Shown piece by piece: positions 11,236-24,263 of a stretch of 64,000 bases of DNA; the first letter of the stretch is position 1, and each line of letters opens with the position of its first letter. The stretch spans positions 1,736,001-1,800,000 of the forward strand of contig CP089281.1 in assembly GCA_023920165.1 (NCBI GenBank), given 5' to 3'. The notes under the pieces are model-generated. The model was not told the origin of the DNA and did not search any database. It saw only the letters and a list, made by a program, of their open reading frames with translations. A program made the position numbers and the translations under genes. This DNA is from Curvularia clavata. Taxonomy: Eukaryota.

Positions 11236-13204
11236 ATGAGGATCACACATCCCAGTGCAGCACTGCTGCTCAACAGCGCTGTTGCTATTGCCCAATGTAG
11301 GTATCCTTTTCTGAGAGGAACAAAGTTGCTGGAAATAAAGACTCGGTTGGCCGTTTATACTAACAAAAAGTCGTAGCAACAAACGGTAGTGTAGGTGTTA
11401 CATGTCCATCAAACACGAAATTCACAGCCCTCTCCGCCGGAACTTTCTTCGCCAAACTTAACCCAGGCTGGAACGTCGGCAACACACTTGATGCCGTGCA
11501 AAACGAGGGAGACTGGAACAATCCCCCCGTTGTGGGCAGCACCTTTGACGACGCCAAAAGAGCAGGTTTCAAAAGCATTCGCATACCAGTGACATGGGCG
11601 TACCATTTCACCTCGCAAGCACCAGACTGGACTGTCGACCCCGCATGGCTCCAGCGCGTCTCCGATGTTGTCGACATGGTGACCTCGCGCGGCCTGTACG
11701 CCATTGTCAACGTGCACCACGATTCGTGGGTAAGTAGTCAATGTCCCAAGGGTTTCGAGACACTTCCTAACTTGATTCTAGACTTGGGCCGATCTCACGT
11801 CGTCCAGTACCAATGTGACTGCTCTCGAGGAGCGACTCAGCAAGCTGTGGTTCCAGATTGGCACAAAGCTGGCGTGCAAGAGTGAGATGGTTGCTTTTGA
11901 AACGATCAACGAGATCCCTGGTACTACGCCTGAGCATGGTGCTGAGGTCAATCGCCTCAATGATATCTTTCTACAGGCGATTAATGACGCCGGGGGCTAC
12001 AATCCCAAGAGAGTTGTTACGCTTGTTGGTGCGGGCGAGGATGGAGCCAAGACGAGTCAGTGGTTTAAGAAGCCGGATCCTAAGTTCAAGAATCCGTGGG
12101 GGATTCAGTATCATTATTACTCTCCTTGTAAGTTGGCGGCCCTCCTCTTCTACATGCATGTGTCTCCCAATATTCCACTTTTCTTCCTCTTAGTATGAAA
12201 ACCGTTCGTAAACTAACTCGTGCAAAATAGACGACTACGTCTTCCAAGCCTGGGGCAAAACAACCTGGGGCTCCGCCGCCGACAAAGCCGCACTGGAAGC
12301 CGACCTCGCCGCCGTACGCGGCAACTTCACTGACATTCCCCTCGTCATCGGTGAATGGGCCGTGTCCCCCGTAGCCACAGAGACCGCTGCACGCTGGCGC
12401 TACTTTGACTTCTTCGTCCGCACCGCTGCCAAATACAACACATCGACCATCCTCTGGGACAATGGCGCCGATTTCCTAAACCGTGCAACCCACACCTGGC
12501 GCGACGAAGTGGCCCTTGACATCTACCGCAACGCCTTCAAAGGCATCCCCAACGCTTTACCGGAAAGCACAACTGACGGCTCCGTCACGACACAGCAAAG
12601 CTCCGCCTACATCTACCACGCCAAGAATGAAACCGTAAAAGACGTTACCCTCAGCTTCAGTTTCAACGGTAACACGCTAGCCAAAATTAGCAAGGGAAGC
12701 AAGCAGCTCGCCCAGGGAAAAGACTACAGCGTCTCAGGCCAGGACATCACTTTCAAAGCAAGCTACCTAGCCACCATCATCACCCCTTCAGCACCAACAG
12801 GTAGTCTGACTAACCTCACACTAACTTTCAACCGCGGCGCCGCACTCCAAGTAAACGTACTCCAGTACTCCACACCTGTGCTCTCCAGCACTTCTGGCTC
12901 GCTCCCCGCCTCAGGTCAGGACCTGCTGATTCCCGTCACATGGGCTGGGATCAACCGGCCTGCGGCTGTTAAGGCGCAGAAGTCTGATGGAGGGTACCTA
13001 GTCGACGACTGGACGCAGTATCTGGGTCCGCTGCAGCAAGGACGCATGACTTATGGTAACCAGTGGGATTGGGACGCGGGACATGTGGTTATCAAGGCGG
13101 CGGCGTTGGATGCGGTGAGGGCAGCCGGAAAGGATACGACGTTTACGATCGAGTTTTATCCTAGGCAACCCGGGAATAATGTCACATATACGGTGAAGGT
13201 GTAG
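11236..13204 (+). CDS. Secreted GH5 endoglucanase with C-terminal Ig-like CBM_X2 / CBM46-like domains; introns ~11297-11376, 11730-11781, 12128-12230
   Basis: Signal-like N-terminus; motifs GWNVGNTLDA, GFKSIRIPVTW, IVNVHHDSW, FETINE (acid/base), IGEW (nucleophile) and WDNG; NGNTL...GKDYSVSG X2-like motif. Confidence 0.9.
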
Positions 13205-13590
13205 GAGGTATGTGAAGGATTGAGGGGAGAAATGGGAGATGATTGGTGGGAGATTGTTGGTATTATAAGATTTGAATGCATGAATAAACTGCTCTTCTTT
13301 GCATGTACGACTTGGTGTTTGGATACCGGGGTATTACTCTTTTGTGTTTGGAGCCGAATAGAAAGTTCGAGAGCGTGTACACATCTCTTATGGAAACAAT
13401 CATGGGCAGGGTGATGGCGTCGAGTGCTCGGCAGATGGGATTCAGTGTGGGGATGCAAGATCAAAGGTCAAAACATATCTGTTGCTGCGCTCGAAAAAAA
13501 GAGTAGGCAAAGTACCTATTGAACAAGGTCATGCTGTGCTCGAGTCAATCAGTAGGGTTGCCTTGGTATAGTTGACCGACTCAGTATGTC

Positions 13591-14870
13591 TCATGTCTCT
13601 GTGATCCACTCTTTTAAAGCTACCCTCAACTGCTCTTCAACGCCATGCTCTACCCAAAAATGACCCGCACCTGCGACCTCGACGCTGCGAAACTGTGATG
13701 CGGGATTTACTTTGAGTTGCTCGGACCAGTCACGGAGCTTCTTTGCAGAAGTAAAAATGTCCTGGTCCCCATAAATGGCGAGGCATATGTGTTTGCCAAC
13801 TATTTCCTGGTGATCATCCTTGGACCGGCTCCAAAATTTATGGATCAACGCTGGAGCAGCCAGAGAAGATAAAGGTGGAGTTAGTGGCGAGATGATAAGA
13901 TATCGAGTATCAGGCATGGTGAAATCTGGGCTTTCCACCTTTGTTGGTGTAGTGGCCTCGCTCTCCGCCTTTGTTGGTGTAACGGGTTCATTGTGATCAC
14001 GCCGCTTGTGACTCAAGCTTCTCAGTCTTGTCCGTATCTCTAGGCGCGTACTTCCTTCTAGACTTCTTCGAATCTCTCTGCTACTCCTCCTCTTGCTTGG
14101 GTTAGTCTCTTCTCCACCCATTGTAATCGAGGGCTGTGAGTTATGCTTCGCTCTGTTCTTCCTAGCCCGGGTTTCATCTCGAGCCAGGGTGACCCATTCC
14201 ATATTACTCTGGTCGGCTAGTTTACGAGCGCGTAACACGACTTCATCGGCTGCAGAGCCAGCCAATGGAGCGGAAAATGGTTGCAGGATGGTTGGCACTG
14301 GTGGTAAATTTCTGAGTATCAGGGATCCGTAAGAGTAGCCTCCTAACACGACTAGAGGGCAAACATCGTTCTGCATATGCACTGGCGCAATGGAACTTGG
14401 CGACATCAGAGGCTGTTCCGGAGCAAAGACGAGGTGTTGCGGAAGAGAAGGCTGGAGATACGACATGTAGTGCATGAAGAACGCGGCGAAAGAGGTATAG
14501 TCGTCTAACTCAGGTCGTCCAGACCAACTGGTCCGCCCTTTGGATCCATGAGCACCCCTAGCACGAATCAATCACGGGTTACATGGCTGGGCTGCTTTTG
14601 CGACGCATACCTGAAGTTAAATGTGCCCACTATGAAACCGGCACTCAAGAACTCGTCTATCACAATACCGACGACGCGATCATCGTAGCTTCCACCCATG
14701 GGCGCGTACGGATGTGCCATTACAATGCCTCTTTTTGTCCATTTTGCAATATCCTCCGGGTTGTCCGGCGTAAGTAGACTATTTGGGTGGTATATGCGGC
14801 AATCGAGCGTCGTGTCATCGTGTATCGAGGGTATCGTAAAGCTGTAGTGGGCTTCTGGTGTGCGGCGCAT
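13591..14870 (-). CDS. Alpha/beta hydrolase superfamily protein, one intron (~14558-14610)
   Basis: AHPYAPMGGSYDD, FNFR|GA, nucleophile elbow GYSYG, YGDQDIF and GAGHFW. Confidence 0.85.
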
Positions 14871-15965
14871 TTTCTGGGTCAAATGGAGACCCCGCAAGGG
14901 TCCTCATTGCATTCCCGACGTGTCGGAATGCTGATGAGCAGCTGCGGAGGTCCAGCGGGGGTACGTTGCTGGCCAAGTGTTGGGCTTGGTTGCGGGAGCG
15001 CTAGGGACCATTGTGCAGGGCCGTGCGTGACCGGAATTCAGTGGTACGGAAACTAGAAATGGACAACCAACCTGCCCGTATCCTGAAATGAGGCAACGGG
15101 CTCGCATAATCGACTGAAACTTCATTGGAAGCATCTTAATGCATGTAGTGATTAATTCCTGGGCTTGAGTTGACAAGATTGGTGGATTTTTCCTAGCCTT
15201 CGAGACCTGATCAACACTACCAATCTTGACTTTATGTCTGACTAGACCCGGTACCCGCGCATATCTAAGAACTCAATCATGAATCTTATCTGTAGTTTGA
15301 AACGCCTTGTTCTAGCCTCAGGTGTCAGAGAATGCTATCAAGGCGCAGATCGCCTTCTTGGATCCTTGGCTCATTCTTGAGCGCTTGAACCCATGAACGA
15401 TCATTGTACAGAAGTCTGTTGCTCGAGTCGAAACTTCTCGGAATGAAACATCAAGGTTTCCACCAATGAAGGAGCTTCTATTTTATTGTTTATGTGCTGT
15501 ATATGACTCTGACTCAGATTGTTAAAAAAAGTTAATCCTAATCATCCCAGGAAGCACAGTGACACTGCGGTTTCTCCAGGGACCTTTGAACCTTTACGCC
15601 GCAAGCGACATATGATCAGCGTTCTATTAGCTACCAGTTCGAAGAATTATGTATGCGTCAGCGAATACTGAGATCAGACTTTTCCACGAGCAGGGTTCTA
15701 AGATGCGAAAACATCTCTCCCACAATTAGTGAAGTCGGGAGATGGCGGTCTAGTCTTGAGGCAGCTGGAGTTGTCACGGTTATCCATGATTTGCTATGGC
15801 GATAGCTTGTCTTTGTAGGAGGGCTATTTTTGATTTTCTCATAGTGACTGAATACACGAATGTTACAGGTAGCAGGATTTCCATCCAGGTCCCCTTCAAG
15901 AACAATTCAGTACCCCACGCCAGCTATGCCCCCACAGCCATACTCCTTGTTCTTAACTCCCATCT

Positions 15966-16385
15966 TCATGCCTCAAGCCTATCCAGCACAATCAGCCTAT
16001 GATCCTCAAGCCCCACCATCTTGTGCGGTTCCACGTTCTCCCTGTACTCTTTACACTCCACCATCTTCTTAAATCCCTCCAAGGTCTCGTACTTCATGAT
16101 GGCAACAAAATCCCAGTTTTCGTCTTCTGGTGCGGCAAGCTTGGCCAACACAGTGCTGCTGAAGATGACACTAGTGTTTGGAGGAAGCAAAGGAGCAATA
16201 GCCGCGCGGTATCGTCCTAGAGCTTCTTGGCCTGTACATGCATCGCCAGCAACGTGTGAGTGCTCAGAGAGATAGGAAGCTTCTTTGCGATATTTCCATA
16301 GGTTCAACATGTAGACTGGTTTCGTGGGGTCGTAGGTAGGAGGGAGATTAGAGAGACTGTCGAGAGAGACGGTATCGGTGGACAT
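15966..16385 (-). CDS. DUF1330-like small protein, 139 aa
   Basis: PVYMLNLWKYR, EALGRY and WDFVAIMKY...F..M...EY pattern typical of this dimeric alpha-beta barrel group. Confidence 0.65.
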   Translation of the reverse strand: MSTDTVSLDSLSNLPPTYDPTKPVYMLNLWKYRKEASYLSEHSHVAGDACTGQEALGRYRAAIAPLLPPNTSVIFSSTVLAKLAAPEDENWDFVAIMKYETLEGFKKMVECKEYRENVEPHKMVGLEDHRLIVLDRLEA

Positions 16386-17288
16386 TTTTTAGTGAAAGCT
16401 GTTTGCCTGATAAATAATGTTTTGCTTGCTCTTAATTTTCAGGAAGTGGAAACCTGATTATTCGGACACTAATTTCAAGATACGTGAATCCCTTGTTAGC
16501 CTTTATACACTTTCGATAGTCCTAAAGATTGTAGATAGTATGACGAGCGTGCGGAGTTCCACTTCGGAAAGGGCTGCTGACATGGCCGCTAGGCAAAATG
16601 TAGGCAATTGTTGGCATGACAAAGTCTTGTGCGTCCTTATCTCAAGGCCAAAAGGGCGCAGATTTGAGGTTTGTTGAAGCATAAGGTGTCTACACGGCGA
16701 GCTGATTGGAGTTGAAGACATTGGTGACCTGTGAAATAGGTGTGTAGATGGCGCCCCGCATCAGTGGGGCAGTTATAGGGTTATTACTGGGCAAACACGA
16801 GAAAAAATGGATATTGTAGAGCATTACGTATGGACCACTAACAACATTCACAATGTCTAATCTGAAATCTGAAAGGCCACAATTGCCAAGAGCCTCATAG
16901 GGGGTTCCGCTCCGCGTGGGTGTTTCAACCTGGTGCGGTGCATAAGGTTTGCGTCAGCAGCCCAGCCACAGAAGAACAGCCACAGCCACGCGTCGCCAAC
17001 GCATTTGGAGGTCCCTTTAACAGCACAGCTCCCCCTTTCAATGCCGCACCGCATACGCCCCTTGGAGACGCAATCCACCGGTATTTTTAGAAGCTATGTT
17101 ATATATTATGTTTATCTGAAAATTTCCGGTTCGACCCTGGCGAGCCTATCGCCATGCACGCCGCCTATTACAACAAATCCGCACCTTGAGCACCCAATCA
17201 GGAAAGATCGCCTGGGTCCATGCCTTGACTAAAGTTTTCCGTCTGTCATATCTAAGCATAGCGCGCGCAAACAGGACAGCTCGCCACC

Positions 17289-19055
17289 ATGCAACGACCA
17301 AAGACGACATCATCCCCATCATCACGAAGCTACCACGGCTTCCGCTATCGCCCGCTGAGTCATGTGGATGGCGAGGACTTTCGCATTCTCTGTCTCTACC
17401 CCGGCGAGCTTCACGACTCAATTCGATGTGACCTACTCCACTCAAGTCTGGATGCCGACATCGAGTACGAAGCCCTTTCCTACAGCTGGGCAACTGAAGA
17501 TGGGGATGACAGCCTGTCTCAGAGCATCTTATGCGCATATGTAGGCGATGAGCAAGTTTCGGAAATGCTAGTAACTTCAAACTGTGCTTCCGCGCTGCGC
17601 AGACTGAGACTGCAATCACAAGAGAGATTTCTTTGGGTCGATGCCATTTCTATTGACCATGGGAATCTGCAGGAAAGAAACCATCAGGTGGGGCTCATGG
17701 CTGACATATATGCTGGAGCCTCGCAAGTTCTTGTTTATCTCGGAGAAGAAGACCTCGGGTTTGCGTCCAGGGGCTTATGGCTGGATAGCGAGAGACGTCA
17801 GTCAGCCTTGACAAAGCTTTTTGCAAAGAGATGGGTATCGAGGACGTGGGTGATCCAAGAGGTGGCATTGGCGCGGAAGCTCTTGATGGTCACAGGAGAT
17901 GCATCGTGTGCTATGGACGCGAACCTGATGAGCCGGATCCGTGGGCGAGCTAAGATTTCACGACTGCAAGTTCCTGGTCCGCTAGCCTGGGACCCTCTAG
18001 CCAGCGCCCCGACAAGAGACCTCCTTACACTACTGCTCCTATCACGCCATTGCGACTCTACGGATCCAAGAGACAAAGTGTACAGCTTATTGGGGCTGGT
18101 CAGTGAACGTTTGCAAAACCTCATCACCATCGACTACTCGCAAAGCGTGGAAGAAGTTCTGACACGTACAGCTGCAGCCATCATCATCTGCCGAGAAGAA
18201 TTTGAACTTCTGGCATATGCATCGTTGTCTCTTGGAGCCAGGCATAGAGAAAAGGGGTTACCGACTTGGGTACCAGACTGGATAGAACCCCACAACGACA
18301 TGACGCTGCGCCCTCAGTTTCAAGAGTCAAAGGTAGGCCCATGGAGGTCTCTTGAAAAGTTATCTGGGAGTTCATCCAGCACTGCAGAGCTTGCTAAGAA
18401 AGATTGGGCGACGATAGTCCACTTACCGCCCAGGTGGCCTGTGGACCGCTCTTCGACACCATCCGTTGCCGTCCAGGCACATTGTCTTGCAACCATTGAC
18501 AACACCACGAAAGAAGGATACGGCCAATCATCACGATGGCAAGATGCTCGAGCCTTTGGTCGCGATTTGATGGAATTGACAAGCAGTTGGGCCAGCCAAT
18601 CCCATGCAGATCCCAGTTCATGGCCTGCTCAGTACAGCTGGCTATTCGATCCATCATATATTCGCACCGTCTCTCCCACAGGTGAAGGCAATAACCCACC
18701 TGTGATGGAATCTTTAGAGCATACATATCGTGCCGCCATACAGAACTTCTGTGCGGAACTCGATACGCAAGGAAAGGACAAGTATATTTTCCGCGCTGGC
18801 ATGCTCCCAGCAGTGACGAGTCATAACTTTGCTGAAGGAGACAGTGTATGGGCTATTGATGGCTGTAGGGTTCCACTAATCCTCAGGGGGACGGACAATG
18901 CGGGGCACTACAGAATCGTAGGCAACTGCCATTTGTTCGCGTTATCACATCTGGACTGCTGGTCTACGTCAGGAACGGGACTTGAGAAACGATGGAATTT
19001 CGATCCCTTCCGGCACATGGATGCGTTAGGCACGCAAAGAATCAAGATCGTATGA
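17289..19055 (+). CDS. Stand-alone HET-domain (HET-6-like) heterokaryon incompatibility protein, 588 aa, intronless
   Basis: YEALSYSW, LWVDAISID, ERNHQVGLMADIY, WVSRTWVIQE, TDPRDKVYSLLG and LPTWVPDW. Confidence 0.92.
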   Translation: MQRPKTTSSPSSRSYHGFRYRPLSHVDGEDFRILCLYPGELHDSIRCDLLHSSLDADIEYEALSYSWATEDGDDSLSQSILCAYVGDEQVSEMLVTSNCASALRRLRLQSQERFLWVDAISIDHGNLQERNHQVGLMADIYAGASQVLVYLGEEDLGFASRGLWLDSERRQSALTKLFAKRWVSRTWVIQEVALARKLLMVTGDASCAMDANLMSRIRGRAKISRLQVPGPLAWDPLASAPTRDLLTLLLLSRHCDSTDPRDKVYSLLGLVSERLQNLITIDYSQSVEEVLTRTAAAIIICREEFELLAYASLSLGARHREKGLPTWVPDWIEPHNDMTLRPQFQESKVGPWRSLEKLSGSSSSTAELAKKDWATIVHLPPRWPVDRSSTPSVAVQAHCLATIDNTTKEGYGQSSRWQDARAFGRDLMELTSSWASQSHADPSSWPAQYSWLFDPSYIRTVSPTGEGNNPPVMESLEHTYRAAIQNFCAELDTQGKDKYIFRAGMLPAVTSHNFAEGDSVWAIDGCRVPLILRGTDNAGHYRIVGNCHLFALSHLDCWSTSGTGLEKRWNFDPFRHMDALGTQRIKIV

Positions 19056-19907
19056 TTGTAGAGAACAGCTATGATGTCTTCAGATTTTCGCTTCTGCCCT
19101 ATGCACTTAATAATATCTTGCCCACGCAGCTGTATTGATGACTTTTCTGGACAGCTACCTCCGGTATTCCTTATATGGCTAAGCAACAAGCTTGCTGTTC
19201 CTCGACAACCAGTCCCATGACTCACTCGGTATTTCCATCCCATCGATATCGCTAAAAATCCGCAGAGCACCCAACCTGCTCCCAAATCACCGTTACCTTA
19301 ACCGCAAATCAACCTCCACAGCTGCATCCGACTTACAAAGTAAACTTCTCACACCATACACGCCCGCATATGAGAACCAAGCTCAATGCAAGTCCTCTCT
19401 TAACTCCAAGCAAAAACAACTCTTGAACCCCGGTCTCCCCTCCGCAACTCTCCTTAACTCAACGCAGTAAACTGCATGATAAATCCCTCGTCTCTCTTTG
19501 AAATACAACCGAATGCAAGCATACCTAGACTTAACTTGACTTGACTCTATACGATACAACACAACACATTGTGGCTAGGTATGGTATAATGAAGTGCTTT
19601 TCCAACCTAGGGAAGCTAGAGGGTATGAGGACAAGCTAGTGCATTATAGGTATACCAGCACAAACCAATAATAAAGCGCGAGCTTGAAATGGTCGGTTGA
19701 AATAGGTATATGTGTAGAACATACGTCAAGCGGACGGATGGAGTTCAACAATGACACGCTTCGTATCCATGCTTGCAAATGCTTTCAATTCCAATGCAGG
19801 ATTTCTTTATCTAAATTCTCCCTCAAGACAATAGTATCAAGGTTTCCAAGCACCGCTTTAAGTCATAACTCATGACACCAACTCAGTAACCTCATAGGCA
19901 CCCCTTT

Positions 19908-21737
19908 TTACTTCTTCCCCCACCTCTTCAAAAATCCCTCCACAGTCCTCATCTCCCACAGATGCGCCTCCCTGATATACGCCGGCTCAGCCTCTACATC
20001 CTTGATGCCATAACTATCCCAATGATGCCCCGCGCCCGCAATCAGATAACTCGGATACTCATCGCTACTGATCCGCACCTTATCCACCAGATTCGAATGA
20101 TAACACAAATCCAGCCAAACATCCGTGTTGCCATCAATCAGCGCCAGATTCGGGGCTTGGATATCCCATCCCCCGTAGCTGTTGTAATACTGCATTGCAG
20201 GGGTCGGAGGGATGCTGTTGTAGGCACCGGGTGGAAAAGCCCAGGTACACCATTGTTGCGTGTAGGGCACTTGGAGCACGCGGGAGATGAGTGAGGGACC
20301 CCATAGGGGAGCAGTCTGGTAACCGCCAGACTCGGCACAGGTGGAATAAAGATAGGAGCGGGCGGCGCTGTTAGTTGGGTCGGCGTAAAAAGTTGCGTTT
20401 TGGGTGCTGAAGCAGCCTGCGTCGGTGCTGTTGATGCGGCCGGTGGTGCATTGGGGAAGGAGAACGCGTTTGACGTATGCTGCGTAGTTGCCTAGGCCGG
20501 TCCAGGGTTCGCCGGAAGAGTAAGCGGCGAGGGCTGTATCGACGGCGGTGGTGTTGGCGGGTGGAGCCGGATTCGTGATGTTTGAGCAAAAGTCCCAGAA
20601 GTCGGAGGAGCCGTAGCGGTCCGACCAATTGAGCTCTTGCCAGGTATTGGTCGGATAGTTCATGGGGCCTCCGATGGGAAACGCAATCGTCATGGCGAAG
20701 TCGCCCAGACTAGAGAGTGAGCCTAGTCCGAAGATGTCTTTGAGTTGCTGGATCCCGGTTTGATTGTTGGTTCCGATTAAGGCGTCGATCTTGTCGACAA
20801 TGGAGACTAGGCGCGAGATGCAGTCCGAAGGGCCGAATTTCATGATAGGGTTGTACCAGTAAGGGTACTCGAGGAGAGCCTGGACGGTAGCACTGCTTCC
20901 GATTCCGCCGGCAAAAATGTCGTTGTAGGCTTTCATGGTAAAGGCAGTTTGAGCACCGGCCAGAGAGCCGCCGTACATGATCCATGGTGTATCAGGACTG
21001 TTCAGGGTGGCATTGATGCCCGGGAAAGTCGCATGTTGCCTGAAGTAAGCATTATCGGCGATAGCTATAGCAGATCAGACTGTGTCATAGCAAAAAAAGA
21101 CATTATACTTTGGGCTTACTCTGTTCGGTAGTTAAGAACCTTAACTCATCTGTGGTGCTAGTGTTGAATGGATAACTTTGTCCGTAATACCGGTTCTCGA
21201 GAATGACACCGAGGCCGTTGAACTTTTGCATCAGAATCTGTATGACTAGTGTCGAGTCATTTAGCCGCTGAAGGATAGAGTTGGAGTAGCACTATGGGAA
21301 ATTGACTCACTTCCCGTCTGTAGGTTTGAGAAGCGCGACTCTCCGCTCGTCTCGCCGCCGATGTAGAGAAAAACCGGTCCACCGGGCTTGTAATACGACG
21401 AGTCGAAGACTGTGGGGTAAAGATACGAGTCAGCGCATGACATGACATCGTGTCATCTGGGGGTACTTGCAGTATCTCTGCTTGAACGTCGCATTTGTGT
21501 GCGGAATGTACCGGTTGCTGTCGGGAAAATGATCAATCTGCAATCAACTCCAGTCAGCTTTGGAAACCCAACTCTTTAATATTCATCATTCGTCCCAATA
21601 TCCTGACAACATACCGGCTGATCAATAACATGCGCCTCATACCCCTTCTCACTATCCTGCCTCTTGACGCTCATCTCCGCATTCCCACTCCCCAGCGCTG
21701 CCAACCCAGCCACCAACGAAATCAATCGCATCTTCAT
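19908..21737 (-). CDS. Secreted S28-family serine peptidase, multi-exon
   Basis: Signal peptide MKMRLISLVAGLAALG; DQP|IDHF, YKPGGPVFLYIGGE, LENRYYG and catalytic GGSLAG; GAGHHWD near the C-terminus. Confidence 0.88.
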
Positions 21738-22758
21738 CCTTGCAACCTGGTAGGTATGCGCTTGAGTTTCCCTTCCTGCTCTTCTCCCCTCTCAAACCCA
21801 AGTCGCCAAGAAAAAAAAGTTCAACTAACAATTAGACAAGTAGGGATTACTTATTAACCTTGTGTAGCGTGTCTCACACCACCTCTTTCTTATCTTATCC
21901 TTGTATTTCCTTTCTGTTTCTCCAAAATTCCTTAGGTCCAAGATGCATGTGCCTACAAGGTAGGCAGGCATATCTACCAGCGCAGGGCTAGTTTATAAAC
22001 ACCCTCTTCGGATCTTCGGCACCACATCTGCCCTTGCCTCGCTTTCTCGTAAATCCCGCAGCCGTCCTCCTCCTCCTCCTAGAAAAGGCATTCTGCGAGC
22101 CAGATAATCATGTACGTATGTGGAGATGTGGCGGCCGGGGCGGGCCTGGTATATGCGGGGCGCCTTCCCACCAAGACCAGAACAGGCAGGTGGGAGAGAA
22201 AAGCTTATGCTTGCTTGGCGGAGCTTGGTTTGGCGCCTTATTTTTGTTGCTTGCCTGCGGAACGAGCGTGCTTATCTCGCGGGAATTTTATCGGTGCTTA
22301 CATGTTGGGTTTTGGGGAGCGGGGGTTTGGTGGTGACGATGATGGGTTGGTACGCAAGTATCTGAACAGTTGTGTCGATGAGGAGGCTAGCTGGTTCCAT
22401 GCGTAGGTGAAGGAGCGTTTTGATTTAGATTATTCTAGGTGCCTTTTGTTGGCAGGTAGCTCCATATGCGGCTGGTAAAGGAAAACGTCATAATGTTATT
22501 TCTGATCCGGATTAGTTAAAGATGGCTGGGAGATAAGACACGGGAATGACGCTAGGAATATCGAAAATGGCGAATTTGCTCTCATTACTTAACCATTGAA
22601 CCGGATAATTCTCATCCGTATTCTTGACTGTTTTTGCACATCTACAGCTTTTCCTATACGAGTTGTAATTTCTTCAGTAGCACTTGACGCCTCTACCTAT
22701 TCTCATCCTCAGCTTTTCCACAACTAAACCTATCCTCCCTACATCAATCGCAGAGTCC

Positions 22759-24263
22759 CTACTCCACCCCGTCCCTCGACGGCCTGATCCCCAACCCAGC
22801 TTTCTCATACGTCCCATCCGTCGCCACCATCTGCTTCACACTCTCCTCGCCCTCAACCCACGCGCCACTCCCCTCCCTCCCCTTAACCCTATTCACAAAC
22901 TCCTCCAGCATATACCTATACGTAGGCCACCAGTCCTCTCCCTCTCCCTTCTTATTTAGCTGCTTCCACGTATACGCCTTCAGCTTATCCACGTGCTTTG
23001 TCTGCTTGACAACCTCCTCTGAGCCACGCTTCTTAAACAAGGTAACTGTCTCTACATCAATCCTATGCCACGCATGCGGCCCCATGAAATTCCACATGAT
23101 GATTGTTTTCTGCTGCGTTTTACTCAAGCCACTCTCCTCATCTACCCCAAGCTCCTGGCTCCGCAGCCGCACACGCACACTCGACACCGAGTCACGGAAA
23201 CTAGGCCAGTTACTCGTAAGCCACGCAAAAGGGTATCCGCCCTTGGCACCTAGATCAGAATACACGCGTCCTGTGCCGCCATTGGGGAACGAGTAGGTAG
23301 CTCCCATGGCCTGGTCGCAGCGCTGGTCGTATGGCGGTGGAATCAGTCGCGGAGTAGCAGATACAACCTCTACGGGTTCGGCGCCAAAGACAGTGCGCAA
23401 GGCTGAGAGCGAGTAGTGGCCGAGATCCATGGCACAGCCTCCGGCAATAGTATAGTCGAAGCGAATATCGGATCCCGAGAAAAGGCCACTGGGGATTGCG
23501 GCGCGGGCCTCGGCATATTCGACTAGCTGCTTATCGAATTGAGAGAGAAAGAGGTGCCAGGCCGGGTGGAAGCGGTAGTGGCTTGCCTCTAGCAGGACGG
23601 GAGCGCTGGGGCCTTGGAGAATGGGATGGTAGAATAGGGAGCGTGCTTCCTGCGCATTAGATACGGAGGGCTTTTCCAGCAGTACGTGTTTTCCTGCTTT
23701 GAGGGCTGCGAGTGTGGGACCATAGTGTAGGCCGTTGGGAAGAGGATTGTATATACAGTCGATTGAGGGGTCCGCAATTAGGGCTATTAGGCTTGTTGGT
23801 GAGTGTGAAGGTGTGTGATATGATGATACTTTGACTTTGCTTTGGCAGTGCGCATAATCTGTACATGTGTACGTATACTCGTGCTGTACAATAAAGTCTT
23901 ACTACTCACCCTCATAACTATCGTGCACAATGGGAATATCCCATCGCTTCGCATACGCCTCTGCCTTCTTCTTGTCTCTCGCTGCTACCGCAACGACAAG
24001 GACATCGGCATGTGATCGTGCCGGAATAACCAATGCAGAGGGACTATTCGTGATAGCAGTCTTAGCTCAAGCTCCATTACTATGTATCCAACTGCATGAA
24101 GCCAAGAAGCCCAACTTGCAGATAGCAGAACCATAACCTACGCGATCTTTGCAGCCCCCAAAATGCCAAAGCGAAGTGCATCAGCCTTCTTCGCAACCGG
24201 CTTACGTCCAGCAGCCCATTCGCCAAAGTCGGTGACAGAATTGATCCAGTCAACTAATGTCAT
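22759..24263 (-). CDS. Gfo/Idh/MocA-family NAD(P)-dependent oxidoreductase, multi-exon
   Basis: LRFGILGAAKIA, YNPLPNGLHY, GKHVLLEKP, EASHYRFHP and GGCAMDLG. Confidence 0.88.

Noticed and set aside
22034..22406. Overlapping short plus-strand ORFs between the S28 and Gfo genes
   Set aside because: No recognisable domain and competing frames; at most a gene relic.
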